NCBI GenBank assembly: GCA_963713975.1
Contig: OY970218.1
Coordinates: 3,552,001 to 3,616,000, forward strand
Origin: an uncultured Chloroflexia bacterium
GTDB lineage: Bacteria; Chloroflexota; Limnocylindria; Limnocylindrales; CSP1-4
Length of the DNA: 64,000 nt
Reading direction: 5' to 3'
Positions 9,385-19,885 of this stretch are shown here, in pieces. The notes under the pieces were generated by a model, which was not told where the DNA came from, did not search any database, and saw nothing but the letters and a program-made list of their open reading frames with translations. The position numbers and the translations under genes are program-made. Each line of letters starts with the position of its first letter. The first letter of the stretch is position 1.

Positions 9385-9792
9385 TTGGTCGGTCTGGTGC
9401 TGGTGGCGCACAGCCAGGACGTGGTGCGTGGCCTGATGGCCATGGTGGCCCAGGCCGCCCCGGCCGTGCCCGTCGCCGGGGCCGGCGGCCTGGGTGGGGA
9501 CCGGCTGGGTACAAATGGCCTCGAGGTCGCCGATGCGCTCCGCGATGCCCTCGCGCGGACGGCGGACGACGGTGTGCTGGTGCTGCTGGACCTGGGCAGC
9601 GCCTCGCTCGCCCTGGACGTGGCGCTCGACGAGCTCGACCCAGGGGTGCGAGGCCTCGTCCGCGTCACGGAGGCGCCCTTCGTCGAGGGCGCGGTGATGG
9701 CCGCGGTGGCGGCTGCGGGCGGCGCCAACCTGGACGCCGTGGCCATGGCCGCCGATGGCGCGTGCTCATTACCCAAGCGGCCCCGCGACTGA
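9385..9792 (+). CDS. dhaM: DhaM-like PTS EIIA(Man)-fold phosphotransfer protein
   Basis: TTG start with GGAGG at 9371-9375 gives (M)VGLVLVAHS; also DLGSA and APFVEGA. Confidence 0.8.
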   Translation: MVGLVLVAHSQDVVRGLMAMVAQAAPAVPVAGAGGLGGDRLGTNGLEVADALRDALARTADDGVLVLLDLGSASLALDVALDELDPGVRGLVRVTEAPFVEGAVMAAVAAAGGANLDAVAMAADGACSLPKRPRD

Positions 9793-9793
9793 G

Positions 9794-10525
9794 GTGGCAG
9801 CCACGTCCGCGGCGCCCGACCCGTTCCGGGGCCAAGTGGGCGTCATCGAGGCGTGGCTGCGCTGCGCCGCCGAACGCGTCCACGAGCACCGGATCTGGCT
9901 GACCGACCTCGACGCGGCGATCGGTGACGGCGACCACGGCATCAACATGGATCGGGGCTTCACCGCCCTGGTGGCCGACCTGGACGCAGGGGCCCTCCCG
10001 ACCGACGGCATCGGCCGCCTCCTGGCCGCGGCCGGCCGGCGCCTGCTGGGCAACGTGGGTGGCGCCAGCGGCGCGTTGTACGGCCGAGGCCTCATGGCAG
10101 CCGGCGACCGCATCGGAGGGGGGTCGATCGACGCCGATGCCGGCGGTCGGACCCTCCTGGAGCTCGCCCTCGCGGCGGCCGTCGACGGCGTTGCAGCGCT
10201 GGGGCGATCGGGCCCGGGGGACAAGACGATGCTCGATGCCCTCGTCCCGGCGCTGGCTGCGATCCGAGCGACCGCCCCGGCCATGCCGGTCGCGCAGGTG
10301 GTGGCCCTGGCCGCAGGGGCCGCCGAGGCGGGTGCCGCGGGCACGATCCCGATGGTCGCGCGGAGAGGGCGGGCCAGCTACCTGGGAGAGCGGGCCGCCG
10401 GGCACCTCGATCCCGGGGCGGCATCGAGCGCCATCCTGGTGCGCGCCCTCGCGGACGTCCTCGCCGCAGTCGAGTCCGGGGCCGAGCATGAGCCACGCCG
10501 CAGAGAAGGTCCCACGCGACCCTGA
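9794..10525 (+). CDS. dhaL: DhaL (DAK2) paralog
   Basis: [51 protein letters not shown]; GTG 1 nt after the dhaM stop. Confidence 0.85.
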   Translation: MAATSAAPDPFRGQVGVIEAWLRCAAERVHEHRIWLTDLDAAIGDGDHGINMDRGFTALVADLDAGALPTDGIGRLLAAAGRRLLGNVGGASGALYGRGLMAAGDRIGGGSIDADAGGRTLLELALAAAVDGVAALGRSGPGDKTMLDALVPALAAIRATAPAMPVAQVVALAAGAAEAGAAGTIPMVARRGRASYLGERAAGHLDPGAASSAILVRALADVLAAVESGAEHEPRRREGPTRP

Positions 10526-10541
10526 AACGCCGGTCGGACCG

Positions 10542-10621
10542 GGATGCGACCGGGTGGCGGCAAGGATGCAGAACGGATTCACGTTGTCTTGAGATTCCGC
10601 GACCCGGCACGCCCCTAGAGT
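10542..10621 (+). promoter_or_regulatory. Candidate glpF-operon promoter with 11-bp-spaced direct repeats
   Basis: GGATGC (10542), GGTGGC (10553), GGATGC (10564), GGATTC (10575); -10-like TAGAGT at 10616-10621; poor -35. Confidence 0.45.
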
Positions 10622-10836
10622 CCACTTAACCGCGCTTGCAGCGGCGGGTCTTGGCACGACCGGGTCGCCCGGCCCGCCCGTCGATGGTTGCGAAAGGAGG
10701 AGCCACCGGAGGAGGGATAGCCCGACACGGCCCACCTGCCCGCGCCGCGCCAACAGTTCGCCGCAGGGCCGCAGACCGGGCCACCGTCGATCGAGCCCCG
10801 GGGACCGGGGCCAATCCACTAGAGGGAGTTCGAGGC

Positions 10837-11580
10837 ATGGTTTGGGATACCAACATTTTCCTCGCCGAAGTGTTCGGGACGGGACTCCTCGTCCTGCTCG
10901 GTGACGGCGTGGTCGCAGGCGTCCTGCTCGCGAAGTCCAAGTCCAACAACGCTGGCTGGATCGTCATCACAGCGGCATGGGCGTTCGCCGTGTTCGTCGG
11001 CGTCGTCGTCGCCGGCCCGATCAGCGGCGCGCACCTGAACCCGGCGGTCACGATCGGCCTCGCCGTCCAGGGCGCCACCCCGTGGGACCAGGTCCCCGTG
11101 TACCTGCTGGGCGAGTTCGTCGGGGCCTTCATCGGCGCGACGCTCGTCACGATCCACTATTGGGATCACTACAAGCAGACCGAGGACCAGGGCCTCAAGC
11201 TCGCCACGTACTGCACCGCTCCGAACATCCGCAACTACCCGCTCAACTTCGTCTCAGAGGTCATCGGCACCTTCGTGCTGGTGTTCGTGATCTTCACGTT
11301 CGGCACCAACGGCAGCTCGGCCGGCCTCGCATCGCTGGGGGCCCTGCCCGTCGCGATCCTCGTGTTCTCGATCGGCATGTCGCTCGGCGGCACGACCGGG
11401 TACGCGATCAACCCGGCCCGTGACCTCGGGCCCCGCATCATCCACGCGATCCTGCCGGTCCCGGGCAAGGGTGGCTCGGACTGGGAGTACTCCTGGGTTC
11501 CGGTCGTCGGCCCGGTTGTCGGTGGAATCCTGGCGGCGTTGGTCTACAACGGCGTCTGGGTCAACGTGATGGGGATGTAG
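10837..11580 (+). CDS. glpF: Glycerol uptake facilitator (MIP/aquaglyceroporin)
   Basis: SGAHLNPAVT and GYAINPARDLGPR (NPARD marks the glyceroporin type); multiple TM helices. Confidence 0.93.
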   Translation: MVWDTNIFLAEVFGTGLLVLLGDGVVAGVLLAKSKSNNAGWIVITAAWAFAVFVGVVVAGPISGAHLNPAVTIGLAVQGATPWDQVPVYLLGEFVGAFIGATLVTIHYWDHYKQTEDQGLKLATYCTAPNIRNYPLNFVSEVIGTFVLVFVIFTFGTNGSSAGLASLGALPVAILVFSIGMSLGGTTGYAINPARDLGPRIIHAILPVPGKGGSDWEYSWVPVVGPVVGGILAALVYNGVWVNVMGM

Positions 11581-11667
11581 CGACACCATCCTGACGAACG
11601 GCGCGCTCGTCGCCGGGGCGCCCTCCGGTCCCCGGCGGCGATCCCTCCACCAGTACGGGGAGAGCTC

Positions 11668-12666
11668 ATGAAGAAGCTCATCAACGCACCCGAGAACGTC
11701 GTCGACGAGGCCCTCGCGGGGATGCTCGCCGCCCACCCGGGCTACATCCGGGTCGAGGAGCCGAACATCGTCGTCCGCAAGGACGCCCCGCGCGCCGGCA
11801 AGGTCGGCGTGATCTCGGGTGGTGGCTCGGGCCACGAGCCGATGCACGGCGGCTTCGTCGGCATGGGCATGCTCGACGCGGCCTGCCCGGGTGCCGTGTT
11901 CACGTCGCCCGTCCCGGACCAGATGCTCGCGGCCACCAAGGCCGTGGACGGTGGCGCGGGCGTGCTCCACATCGTCAAGAACTACACCGGCGACATCATG
12001 AACTTCGAGATGGCGGCCGAGATGGCACGCGCCGAAGGGCTCGAGGTCACGGCGGTCGTCATCGCGGACGACGTCGCGGTCAAGGATTCGCTGTACACGG
12101 CCGGCCGGCGCGGCGTCGGCGGCACGGTGCTCGCGGAGAAGATCGTCGGCGCGGCCGCCGAGGCGGGTGCCGACCTGGCCACCGTCACGGCGCTCTGCCA
12201 GAAGGTCCAGGACAACGTCCGCTCCATGGGCATGGCCCTCACGAGCTGCACGGTGCCCATGGCCGGCAAGCCGACATTCGAGATCGCGGACGACGAGATG
12301 GAGATCGGCGTCGGCATCCATGGTGAGCCGGGCCGGTCCCGCGAGAAGCTCGCCACGGCCGACGAGATCACCGAGATGCTCGCCACGCCGATCCTCGACG
12401 ACCTGCCCTTCGAGAGCGGGGACAACGTCCTCGCGTTCGTGAACGGCCTCGGCGGCACCCCGCTCGTCGAGCTCTATGTCGTCTACAACAAGCTTGCCCA
12501 GATGTGCGCCGCACGAGGCGTGACGATCACCCGCAACCTCATCGGCAGCTACATCACGTCGCTCGACATGGCCGGCTGCTCCATCACCCTGCTCAAGCTC
12601 GACGACGAGCTGACGAAGTACTGGGACGCCCCGGTCAACACGCCTGCGCTCCGGTGGGGCGTCTGA
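11668..12666 (+). CDS. dhaK: Dihydroxyacetone kinase substrate-binding subunit
   Basis: [42 protein letters not shown]. Confidence 0.95.
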   Translation: MKKLINAPENVVDEALAGMLAAHPGYIRVEEPNIVVRKDAPRAGKVGVISGGGSGHEPMHGGFVGMGMLDAACPGAVFTSPVPDQMLAATKAVDGGAGVLHIVKNYTGDIMNFEMAAEMARAEGLEVTAVVIADDVAVKDSLYTAGRRGVGGTVLAEKIVGAAAEAGADLATVTALCQKVQDNVRSMGMALTSCTVPMAGKPTFEIADDEMEIGVGIHGEPGRSREKLATADEITEMLATPILDDLPFESGDNVLAFVNGLGGTPLVELYVVYNKLAQMCAARGVTITRNLIGSYITSLDMAGCSITLLKLDDELTKYWDAPVNTPALRWGV

Positions 12667-12700
12667 CCCGGCGACCCGATCTGCGAGCGGGAGAACCACG

Positions 12701-13348
12701 ATGAGCACCGCGCCACACATCAGCTACGACGACGTCGTGGCATGGGTCAGTCTGCTGGCCGAGCGGTTCCACGCCGAGAAGGAGTACCTCACGGCGCTGG
12801 ACTCCGCGATCGGGGATGCCGACCACGGCATCAACATGGATCGCGGCCTCGGGGCCGTGATGGTCAAGCTGCCGGCGCTGCCAACCGGCGATGTCGGCGC
12901 CTTCCTCAAGGGCGTGGGGATGACGCTCGTCTCCACCGTCGGCGGCGCGAGCGGTCCGCTCTACGGCACCTTCTTCCTCCAGCTCGGTGGCGCGACCGCC
13001 GGCAGGACGGAGATCGAGCTCGGTGACTTCGCCACGGGGCTGGAGGCCGGCGTCGCCGGGATCCAGCGCCTGGGCAAGGCCGAGCCGGGCGACAAGACCA
13101 TGCTCGACGCACTCCTGCCGGCACGCGACGCGCTGCGCGCGGGCGTTGACCGGGGCGACAGCCCGGCCGACGCTCTTGGCGCGGCCGTCGCGGCGGCCGA
13201 GCAGGGCATGGTCGCCACCATCCCGCTCGTCGCCCGCAAGGGTCGGGCGAGCTACCTCGGGGAGCGCAGCGCGGGTCACCAGGACCCGGGTGCGACGTCC
13301 TCCCATCTCCTCCTCAAGGCTGCCGCCGATTCCTGGTTCCAAGCCTAG
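12701..13348 (+). CDS. dhaL: Dihydroxyacetone kinase ADP-binding subunit
   Basis: [54 protein letters not shown]; directly follows dhaK. Confidence 0.93.
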   Translation: MSTAPHISYDDVVAWVSLLAERFHAEKEYLTALDSAIGDADHGINMDRGLGAVMVKLPALPTGDVGAFLKGVGMTLVSTVGGASGPLYGTFFLQLGGATAGRTEIELGDFATGLEAGVAGIQRLGKAEPGDKTMLDALLPARDALRAGVDRGDSPADALGAAVAAAEQGMVATIPLVARKGRASYLGERSAGHQDPGATSSHLLLKAAADSWFQA

Positions 13349-13379
13349 GCATCCTTCACACACAGGAGCTCGCATCTTC

Positions 13380-14876
13380 ATGACCAAGTATGTCGGGGCC
13401 CTCGACCAGGGCACCACGAGCACCCGCTTCATGATCTTCGACCACGCGGGCGGCGTGGTCGCCATCGACCAGAAGGAGCACGAGCAGATCTTCCCCAAGC
13501 CCGGCTGGGTAGAGCACGACGCGATCGAGATCTGGACCCGCTGCCGGGAAGTCATCAAGGGCGCCATGGCCAAGGCCGGCATCACCGCCGCCGACCTCGC
13601 CGCCGTGGGCATCACCAACCAGCGCGAGACCGCGCTGGTCTGGGACAGGAAGACCGGCATGCCGGTCTTCAACGCGATCGTCTGGCAGGACACTCGAACC
13701 GACGTCCTCGTGAACGAGTTCGCCAAGGAGGGCGGGCAGGACCGCTTCCGCGCGAAGGTCGGCCTGCCGCTGGCCACGTACTTCTCGGGGCCCAAGGTCC
13801 GCTGGATCCTGGACAACGTCCCCGGCGCGCGCGCAAAGGCGGAGGCCGGCGACCTGGTGTTCGGCAACATGGACACCTGGTGCATCTGGAACCTCACGGG
13901 CGGCGTCAACGGCGGCGTCCATGTGACGGACGTCACCAACGCCAGCCGCACCATGCTCATGGACCTCGAGACCCTGTCCTGGGACGATGAGATCCTCGGC
14001 ATCATGGGCATCCCGAAGTCCATGCTCCCGGAGATCAAGGCATCGTCCGAGGTCTACGGCACCTGTGTCGGCGACCTCGCCGGCGTGCCGGTTGCGGGCG
14101 ACCTCGGCGACCAGCAGGCGGCCCTGTTCGGCCAGACGTGCTTCTCGCCCGGCGAGGCGAAGAACACCTACGGCACCGGCTGCTTCATGCTCATGAACAC
14201 GGGCGAGAAGGCTGTCCCGTCCAAGAGCGGCCTGCTCACCACGATGAGCTACAAGATCGGCGACCAGCCGGCGGTGTACGCCCTCGAGGGGTCCATCGCG
14301 ATCACCGGCGCGCTCGTGCAGTGGCTGCGCGACAACCTCGGCATGATCGCCAAGTCCGAGGACGTGGAGGCGCTCGCGGCCACGGTCGATGACAACGGCG
14401 GCGTCTACTTCGTCCCCGCGTTCTCCGGCCTGTTCGCCCCGTACTGGAAGAGCGACGCTCGCGGTGTCATCGCGGGCCTCACCCGTTACGTGAACAAGGG
14501 TCACATCGCGCGTGCCGTCCTCGAGGCGACGGCGTGGCAGACCCGCGAAGTGCTCGACGCCATGAACACCGACTCCGGTGTTCCGCTGACGGCCCTCAAG
14601 GTCGACGGTGGCATGGTGTTCAACAACATGCTCATGCAGTTCCAGGCCGATGTCCTGGGCGTCCCGGTCATCCGGCCGGTCGTCGCCGAGACCACGGCCC
14701 TGGGCGCGGCCTATGCCGCCGGCCTCGCGGTCGGCTACTGGGCCGAGATCGAGGACCTGCGCGAGAACTGGGCGCGTGACGCCGAGTGGACCCCGGAGAT
14801 GGCTGCCGAGATCCGCGAGAAGGACTACGCCCAGTGGAAGAAGGCCGTCACGCGGACCTTCAACTGGGTCGACTAG
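13380..14876 (+). CDS. glpK: Glycerol kinase
   Basis: [52 protein letters not shown]. Confidence 0.97.
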   Translation: MTKYVGALDQGTTSTRFMIFDHAGGVVAIDQKEHEQIFPKPGWVEHDAIEIWTRCREVIKGAMAKAGITAADLAAVGITNQRETALVWDRKTGMPVFNAIVWQDTRTDVLVNEFAKEGGQDRFRAKVGLPLATYFSGPKVRWILDNVPGARAKAEAGDLVFGNMDTWCIWNLTGGVNGGVHVTDVTNASRTMLMDLETLSWDDEILGIMGIPKSMLPEIKASSEVYGTCVGDLAGVPVAGDLGDQQAALFGQTCFSPGEAKNTYGTGCFMLMNTGEKAVPSKSGLLTTMSYKIGDQPAVYALEGSIAITGALVQWLRDNLGMIAKSEDVEALAATVDDNGGVYFVPAFSGLFAPYWKSDARGVIAGLTRYVNKGHIARAVLEATAWQTREVLDAMNTDSGVPLTALKVDGGMVFNNMLMQFQADVLGVPVIRPVVAETTALGAAYAAGLAVGYWAEIEDLRENWARDAEWTPEMAAEIREKDYAQWKKAVTRTFNWVD

Positions 14877-14900
14877 CCTCCGTTCGCGTCTGAACGGACC

Positions 14901-14933
14901 CGGCCCCGACGCCCATCACGGGCGTCGGGGCCG
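14901..14933 (+). terminator. Perfect 14-bp stem-loop after glpK (terminator or mRNA-stability hairpin)
   Basis: cggccccgacgccc-atcac-gggcgtcggggccg; no long U tract. Confidence 0.55.
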
Positions 14934-14953
14934 TCACCTGACAGGGAGGGATC

Positions 14954-15358
14954 ATGCAACCAGGCGTCGCCTGCGTCGGGCTCGTCGTGGTCTCACACTC
15001 GAGCCGGATCGCCGAGGGAACGGCCGAGCTGGCCGGACAGATGGCCGGACCCGACGTCCGCATCCGGCCGGCCGGAGGGATGGAGGACGGCTCCATCGGC
15101 ACGGATGCCGCCCGCATCGCCATGGCCATCGGCGAGGCCGATGCCGGCGCGGGGGTCGTGGTCGTGGCGGACCTCGGCAGCGCCGTGCTCGCCACCCGCA
15201 CGGCACTGGAGCTGCTGGGTGACCCGGGGAACGTGCGCCTCAGCCGCGGCCCGATCGTCGAGGGCGCGGTCATGGCCGCCGTCCAGTCGAGCACGGGTTC
15301 TGACCTGGAGCAGGTCCTCGAGGCGGCCGAGGGTGCCGCGTCCCTGCCCAAGGGTTAG
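14954..15358 (+). CDS. dhaM: DhaM PTS EIIA-like phosphotransfer subunit
   Basis: VGLVVVSHS..IAEG, AGGMEDGSIGT, DLGSA, PIVEGA; GGAGG upstream. Confidence 0.88.
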   Translation: MQPGVACVGLVVVSHSSRIAEGTAELAGQMAGPDVRIRPAGGMEDGSIGTDAARIAMAIGEADAGAGVVVVADLGSAVLATRTALELLGDPGNVRLSRGPIVEGAVMAAVQSSTGSDLEQVLEAAEGAASLPKG

Positions 15359-15446
15359 AGTGGGGGCCGGGCGTCCGCCCGTGGCGGGCCCGCGAACGAG
15401 TCAGCTTGGGCGCGTCGGCCTGCGCCCACACAGCGAGGTGAACCAC

Positions 15447-17129
15447 ATGACGGTGCCGCACGCCGTCGACGTCCTCGTCATCGGAGGAGGCGCGACGGGT
15501 GCCGGGGTCCTCCGCGACCTGGCGCGGAGGGGCCTGCGGGCCCTGCTCGTGGAGCGCAGCGACTTCGGGACCGGGACGACGGGCCGCTACCACGGCCTGC
15601 TGCACTCCGGCGGCCGTTACGTGGGCAAGGACAAGGTCGCCGCCCGTGAGTGCATCGTCGAGAACCGCGTTCTGCGCCGGATCGCCCCCGCGAGCATCGA
15701 GGATACGGGCGGCTACTTCGTGGCCACGCCCGACGATCCCGACGACTACGTGGAGGCATTCGCGGAGAACTGCCGCCTCTCCGGTGTCGACTGCGAGGAG
15801 GTCAAGGTCGCGGACCTGCTTGCCCGCGAGCCGGCGCTCAACCCGAGGATCCGGCGGGCATTCCGCGTGCCGGACGGCTCCGTGGAACCGTGGCAGCTGA
15901 TCGAGGCGACCGTCACCGACGCCCGCCGCCACGGCAGCGAGGCCCTCGCCTACCAGCGCGTGATCGGGATGGATCTCAGCGGCGGCCGGATCGCGGCCGT
16001 GACCTTGCGCGACGAGCGGACGGGCACTGTGTCGCAGGTCTGGACCCACTTCGTGATCTCGGCGGCCGGCGCCTGGGCGGGACAGATCGCCGCCCTGGCG
16101 AGGGTCAACGTCGAGATGACCCCCGGCAAGGGCACGATGCTCATCTTCAATCACCGGATGACCGATGCCGTGGTCAATCGCTGCCATCGCTCAGCGGACG
16201 GCGACATCATGGTCCCCGTCCACACGGTGGCCATCCTGGGCACCACCGACATCAAGGTTCCCGATCCCGACGACTACGAGATCACCCGGGAGGAGGTTCG
16301 GCGTCTCGTCGGCGAGGGCTCCAAGATGTTCCCGGATCTCCCGCGGATGCGCATCCTTCGCGCGTATGCGGGCGTGCGTCCCCTCTACCAACCGCCGGCG
16401 GCAACGGTGGCCGAAGCGGGCAATCGGGCGATCACCCGGGCCCACTCCATCCTCGACCATGCCGACCAGGGCGTGGAGAACTTCGTCTCGATCGTTGGGG
16501 GCAAGCTGACCACGCACCGCCTGATGGCCGAGGAGACCGTGGACGCGGTCGCGGCCAGGATGGGCGTCTCGGCGCCGTGCACGACGGCGGACGAGGTCCT
16601 GCCGGACCAGGACGGCGGTCACACCTACTGGCTGGGCCACCGCCTCGCAGACCACGAGCAGGAGGGCGGCGGTGACGCCAACCTCGTATGCGAGTGCGAG
16701 ATCGTCACCCGGAAGATGGTAGAAGGCTACCTGGACACGCACTGGCCCTGCTCCATCGACGACGTCCGGCGTGGCACCCGCGTCGGCATGGGACCGTGCC
16801 AGGGGGCGTTCTGCACCTTCCGGGTCGCGGGCCTCATGGCGGAGCGACTCGATGCGCACACGGCGGCCACAGGGCAGCCGGCGCCGGGTGCCCACGTCGT
16901 CGACGGGCACCACCCTGGGAGCAGCGCGCTGCACGCGGCCATCGCGGACCGGGCGCTGACGGCATTCCTCCGGGAACGGTTCAAGGGCACCCGGCCCATC
17001 GCCGACGGCCGGCAGCTCCAGGAGCTGATGATGACCAACGGGATCTATCTCGGCGTCCTGGGCCTGGAATCGATGGTGTCCGCGCCGGTCCCGGCGCTCG
17101 ACGAGGAGAGCCTCGATGCCGCACGCTGA
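15447..17129 (+). CDS. glpA: Anaerobic glycerol-3-phosphate dehydrogenase subunit A
   Basis: GGGATG, GTTGRYHGLLHSGGRY, GGKLTTHRLMAE, C-terminal BFD-like CECE..TRVGMGPCQGAFC. Confidence 0.92.
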   Translation: MTVPHAVDVLVIGGGATGAGVLRDLARRGLRALLVERSDFGTGTTGRYHGLLHSGGRYVGKDKVAARECIVENRVLRRIAPASIEDTGGYFVATPDDPDDYVEAFAENCRLSGVDCEEVKVADLLAREPALNPRIRRAFRVPDGSVEPWQLIEATVTDARRHGSEALAYQRVIGMDLSGGRIAAVTLRDERTGTVSQVWTHFVISAAGAWAGQIAALARVNVEMTPGKGTMLIFNHRMTDAVVNRCHRSADGDIMVPVHTVAILGTTDIKVPDPDDYEITREEVRRLVGEGSKMFPDLPRMRILRAYAGVRPLYQPPAATVAEAGNRAITRAHSILDHADQGVENFVSIVGGKLTTHRLMAEETVDAVAARMGVSAPCTTADEVLPDQDGGHTYWLGHRLADHEQEGGGDANLVCECEIVTRKMVEGYLDTHWPCSIDDVRRGTRVGMGPCQGAFCTFRVAGLMAERLDAHTAATGQPAPGAHVVDGHHPGSSALHAAIADRALTAFLRERFKGTRPIADGRQLQELMMTNGIYLGVLGLESMVSAPVPALDEESLDAAR

Positions 17130-18450
17130 CGTCGTCGTCATCGGTGCCGGGCTCGCCGGGATGGTCGCCGCGACACGGCTCGCCGAGGCGGGCGCAGTGG
17201 TGACGCTGGTCGCCAAGGGCCACGCGAGCACCCACTGGGGCTCGGGCGGGCTGGACGTCGCGGCGCCGACCGGTGCAGCCACCACGGCCGACGGGGTCGC
17301 GCGCCTCGCGAGGCTCGAGCACCCGTACGCGTTCCTGGCTCCGGACGTCGCGCCGTCCGTCGGCTGGCTCCTCGATCGGCTGGAGGCAGGGGGGCTCCCC
17401 TACTCAGGAACGCTCGACACGCCCATCCGGCGCGTGCCCACGGCCATCGGCGGCACGCGGCGCGTCGCGATCGTGCCCGAGGCCCAGGCCGCGGCGCAGC
17501 GGGCATGGCAGGGGGACGAGGTCCTGGTGGTCGCCGGCCCAACCGGGTTCAAGGACTTCTGGCCGGCCGCGATCGCGGGCAGCCTGGGTCGTGAGGCCGT
17601 GTGGCACGGCGCGGACCGGCCGGACCGGCTGGTGGGCGTGGCCGTGGACCTGCCCGGTCTCTCGGAGCGGAACAACCTGAACGCGCTCCTGCTGGCGGGC
17701 CGATTCGATGACCCGTCCCGGTGGTCGGACGACATCGGCCGGATCGCCAAGGCAGTCGAGCGGGCCGCCGGGGGTCGGCCGGGGCGCGTCGCCCTGCCCG
17801 CGATCTTCGGCCTGAGCCGGCACACGGAGATCTGGGCCGAGCTCCGGGCGCGGCTGTCCCTCGAGCCGTTCGAGGTTCCGCTGGTGCCCCCCAGCATCCC
17901 GGGCATCCGCCTGTGGCGGCTGCTCCGCGAGCACCTCCGAGCGGCCGGCGGTCGCATCCAGGTGGGTGAGGCCGTGGCGAGGATCCACGTCGAGGCAGGT
18001 CGAGTGACCGCGGTGGAGATGGAGGCCGCCACCCGGACCCACCTGATCCGCACCGAGGCCATCGTCCTGGCAACGGGCGGCATCGCCGGGGGCGGGCTCG
18101 TTGCCCACGGCGACGGCCGCCTGGCCGAACCCCTGCTCGACCTGCGCGTCGACGCCCCCGAGCACGACCTGTGGCTGGTCAAGGACGCCCTGGACCCGGC
18201 GGGCCACCCGATCGAGGCGGCGGGCGTGCCGACGGATCCCGGCCTCCGGCCGCTCGGCCCCGCACACCAGGTCTCGCACGCCAACGTGCTCGTCGCCGGT
18301 GCGCTCCTCGCCCGACAGCGCGCCCTGCGGGAGCGCTGCGGGGACGGCGTGGCCGTCGCATCGGGCTGGCGCGCCGCCAACCAGTTGGCCGCCGGCGCCA
18401 CCCGCCATCCTGTCGGCCGCGAGCCGGTGACCCCGAGGTTCGAGCAGTGA
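17116..18450 (+). CDS. glpB: Anaerobic glycerol-3-phosphate dehydrogenase subunit B
   Basis: GAGLAG, PPSIPGIRL, VLATGGIAGGGL, CGDGVAVASG; lies between glpA and glpC. Confidence 0.88.
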   Translation: MPHADVVVIGAGLAGMVAATRLAEAGAVVTLVAKGHASTHWGSGGLDVAAPTGAATTADGVARLARLEHPYAFLAPDVAPSVGWLLDRLEAGGLPYSGTLDTPIRRVPTAIGGTRRVAIVPEAQAAAQRAWQGDEVLVVAGPTGFKDFWPAAIAGSLGREAVWHGADRPDRLVGVAVDLPGLSERNNLNALLLAGRFDDPSRWSDDIGRIAKAVERAAGGRPGRVALPAIFGLSRHTEIWAELRARLSLEPFEVPLVPPSIPGIRLWRLLREHLRAAGGRIQVGEAVARIHVEAGRVTAVEMEAATRTHLIRTEAIVLATGGIAGGGLVAHGDGRLAEPLLDLRVDAPEHDLWLVKDALDPAGHPIEAAGVPTDPGLRPLGPAHQVSHANVLVAGALLARQRALRERCGDGVAVASGWRAANQLAAGATRHPVGREPVTPRFEQ

Positions 18451-19784
18451 GCATCGCCGACGTCGTCCGGGAGGCGGCCGCAGACCGGCCCGTGTCGTCC
18501 ACCGCCGACGAGTGCCTCAAGTGCAACGTCTGCAACACGGTCTGCCCGGTGATGCGGGTCACGGACCTGTTCGCCGGCCCCAAGTACGAGGGCCCGCAGG
18601 CGCAGCGCCTACGCATGGCCGCCGGGCAGGTGATCCAGGGGCCGCACTCGAGCAATCCGCGCTCCCCCGACCACTCGGTGGACTACTGCTCCGGCTGCGG
18701 CTGGTGCACGACCGCGTGTCCGGCGGGCGTGAAGATCGCCGAGATGAACAACCAGGCCCGCGGGCGGCTCCGCGAGGGCAAGCGGCCCAGGCTTCGTGAC
18801 TGGACCCTCGGCCAGACCGACCTCACGGGGTCGATGGGCGTGCTCTTCTCGCCGCTCGCCAACTTCGCCTTCCACAACCGCGTCGTGCGGGCGGTGGTCG
18901 AGGTCGGCTTCGGCGTCCACCGCAAGGCGCCGTTCCCCCGGTTCGCGAAACGCACCTTCGCCTCGACCTGGAAGAAGCGCCAGGCCAGGAGCGGCGACGG
19001 GGGAAGGCCGAAGGGCCGGCCGGGTCCGGACGCGGCCATCGTCTATTTCCATGGCTGCTCGGCCAACTACTACGAGCCGCACGTGGCCGAGGCCGCGATC
19101 TGGGTGCTCAAGCGGAACGGCTTCGAGACGATCGTCCCCGAGCAGGTCTGCTGCGGACTGCCGCTGATCAGCAACGGGCTCTACGACGACGCTCGCGAGC
19201 GTGCGTGCACGAACACGAAGGTGCTCGCCGAGTACGCCCGGGCCGGCTACCGGATCATCGGCACCTCCACCTCCTGCACCCACACGCTCAAGGCCGAGTA
19301 CGAGGAGATGCTCGACATGCGCGACGACGATACCCGCGCCGTCGCCCATGCCACCTGGGACATCTGCGAGTTCCTGCTGCACCTGCACGAGGAAGGGCGC
19401 CTCGACACCGGCTTCGGCCGCCTGGACGAGGACCTCGCCTACCACGCCCCGTGCCAGCTCCGGAGCCACGGCATCGGGCTGCCGGCGCTCGATCTGTTCG
19501 CCCTCGTCCCGGGGCTGCGGGCCGTGGACATGGACCACGACTGCTGCGGCATGGCGGGCACGTATGGCCTCAAGCGCGAGAAGTACGACATCGCGGCCAG
19601 GGTCGGCGAGCCGCTCTTCCGTAAGGTCAGGGAATCGGGCGCCAGCGAGGCGGCCTGCGACTCCGAGACCTGCCGCTGGCAGATCGAGACGGCGACCGGG
19701 GTCCGGACCCGTCACCCGGTCGAGATCCTGCGGGACGCCTACCGGTCCGCGGACGAGGCGACGGCACCCGCCACAGCGGGTTGA
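18447..19784 (+). CDS. glpC: Anaerobic glycerol-3-phosphate dehydrogenase subunit C
   Basis: CLKCNVCNTVCP, CSGCGWCTTACP, CCG domains (CCGLP, CCGMAGTYGLK), SETCRWQI. Confidence 0.92.
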   Translation: MSIADVVREAAADRPVSSTADECLKCNVCNTVCPVMRVTDLFAGPKYEGPQAQRLRMAAGQVIQGPHSSNPRSPDHSVDYCSGCGWCTTACPAGVKIAEMNNQARGRLREGKRPRLRDWTLGQTDLTGSMGVLFSPLANFAFHNRVVRAVVEVGFGVHRKAPFPRFAKRTFASTWKKRQARSGDGGRPKGRPGPDAAIVYFHGCSANYYEPHVAEAAIWVLKRNGFETIVPEQVCCGLPLISNGLYDDARERACTNTKVLAEYARAGYRIIGTSTSCTHTLKAEYEEMLDMRDDDTRAVAHATWDICEFLLHLHEEGRLDTGFGRLDEDLAYHAPCQLRSHGIGLPALDLFALVPGLRAVDMDHDCCGMAGTYGLKREKYDIAARVGEPLFRKVRESGASEAACDSETCRWQIETATGVRTRHPVEILRDAYRSADEATAPATAG

Positions 19785-19885
19785 GGGTTCGGACGGCCCA
19801 TCAAGGTCACCTTCCGGGCCCCGAGGACGGTCGGATCGACACTCGACACGAGTGCGGTCGGGGCGCGAACCTTGTCTCGATTGCG

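Noticed and set aside
10651-10668. sigma54 promoter TTGGCACG upstream of glpF
   Set aside because: The -12 GC is not at GG-N10-GC spacing, and no enhancer-binding protein is nearby
13380-14876. HPr-dependent activation of GlpK as in Firmicutes
   Set aside because: The phosphorylatable His loop between SEVYG and GDQQA is absent (reads [11 protein letters not shown])
19795-19820. Palindrome AAGGT-C-ACCTT upstream of the second glpA-like gene as an operator
   Set aside because: Single short instance with no second copy in the island; could simply be an mRNA hairpin
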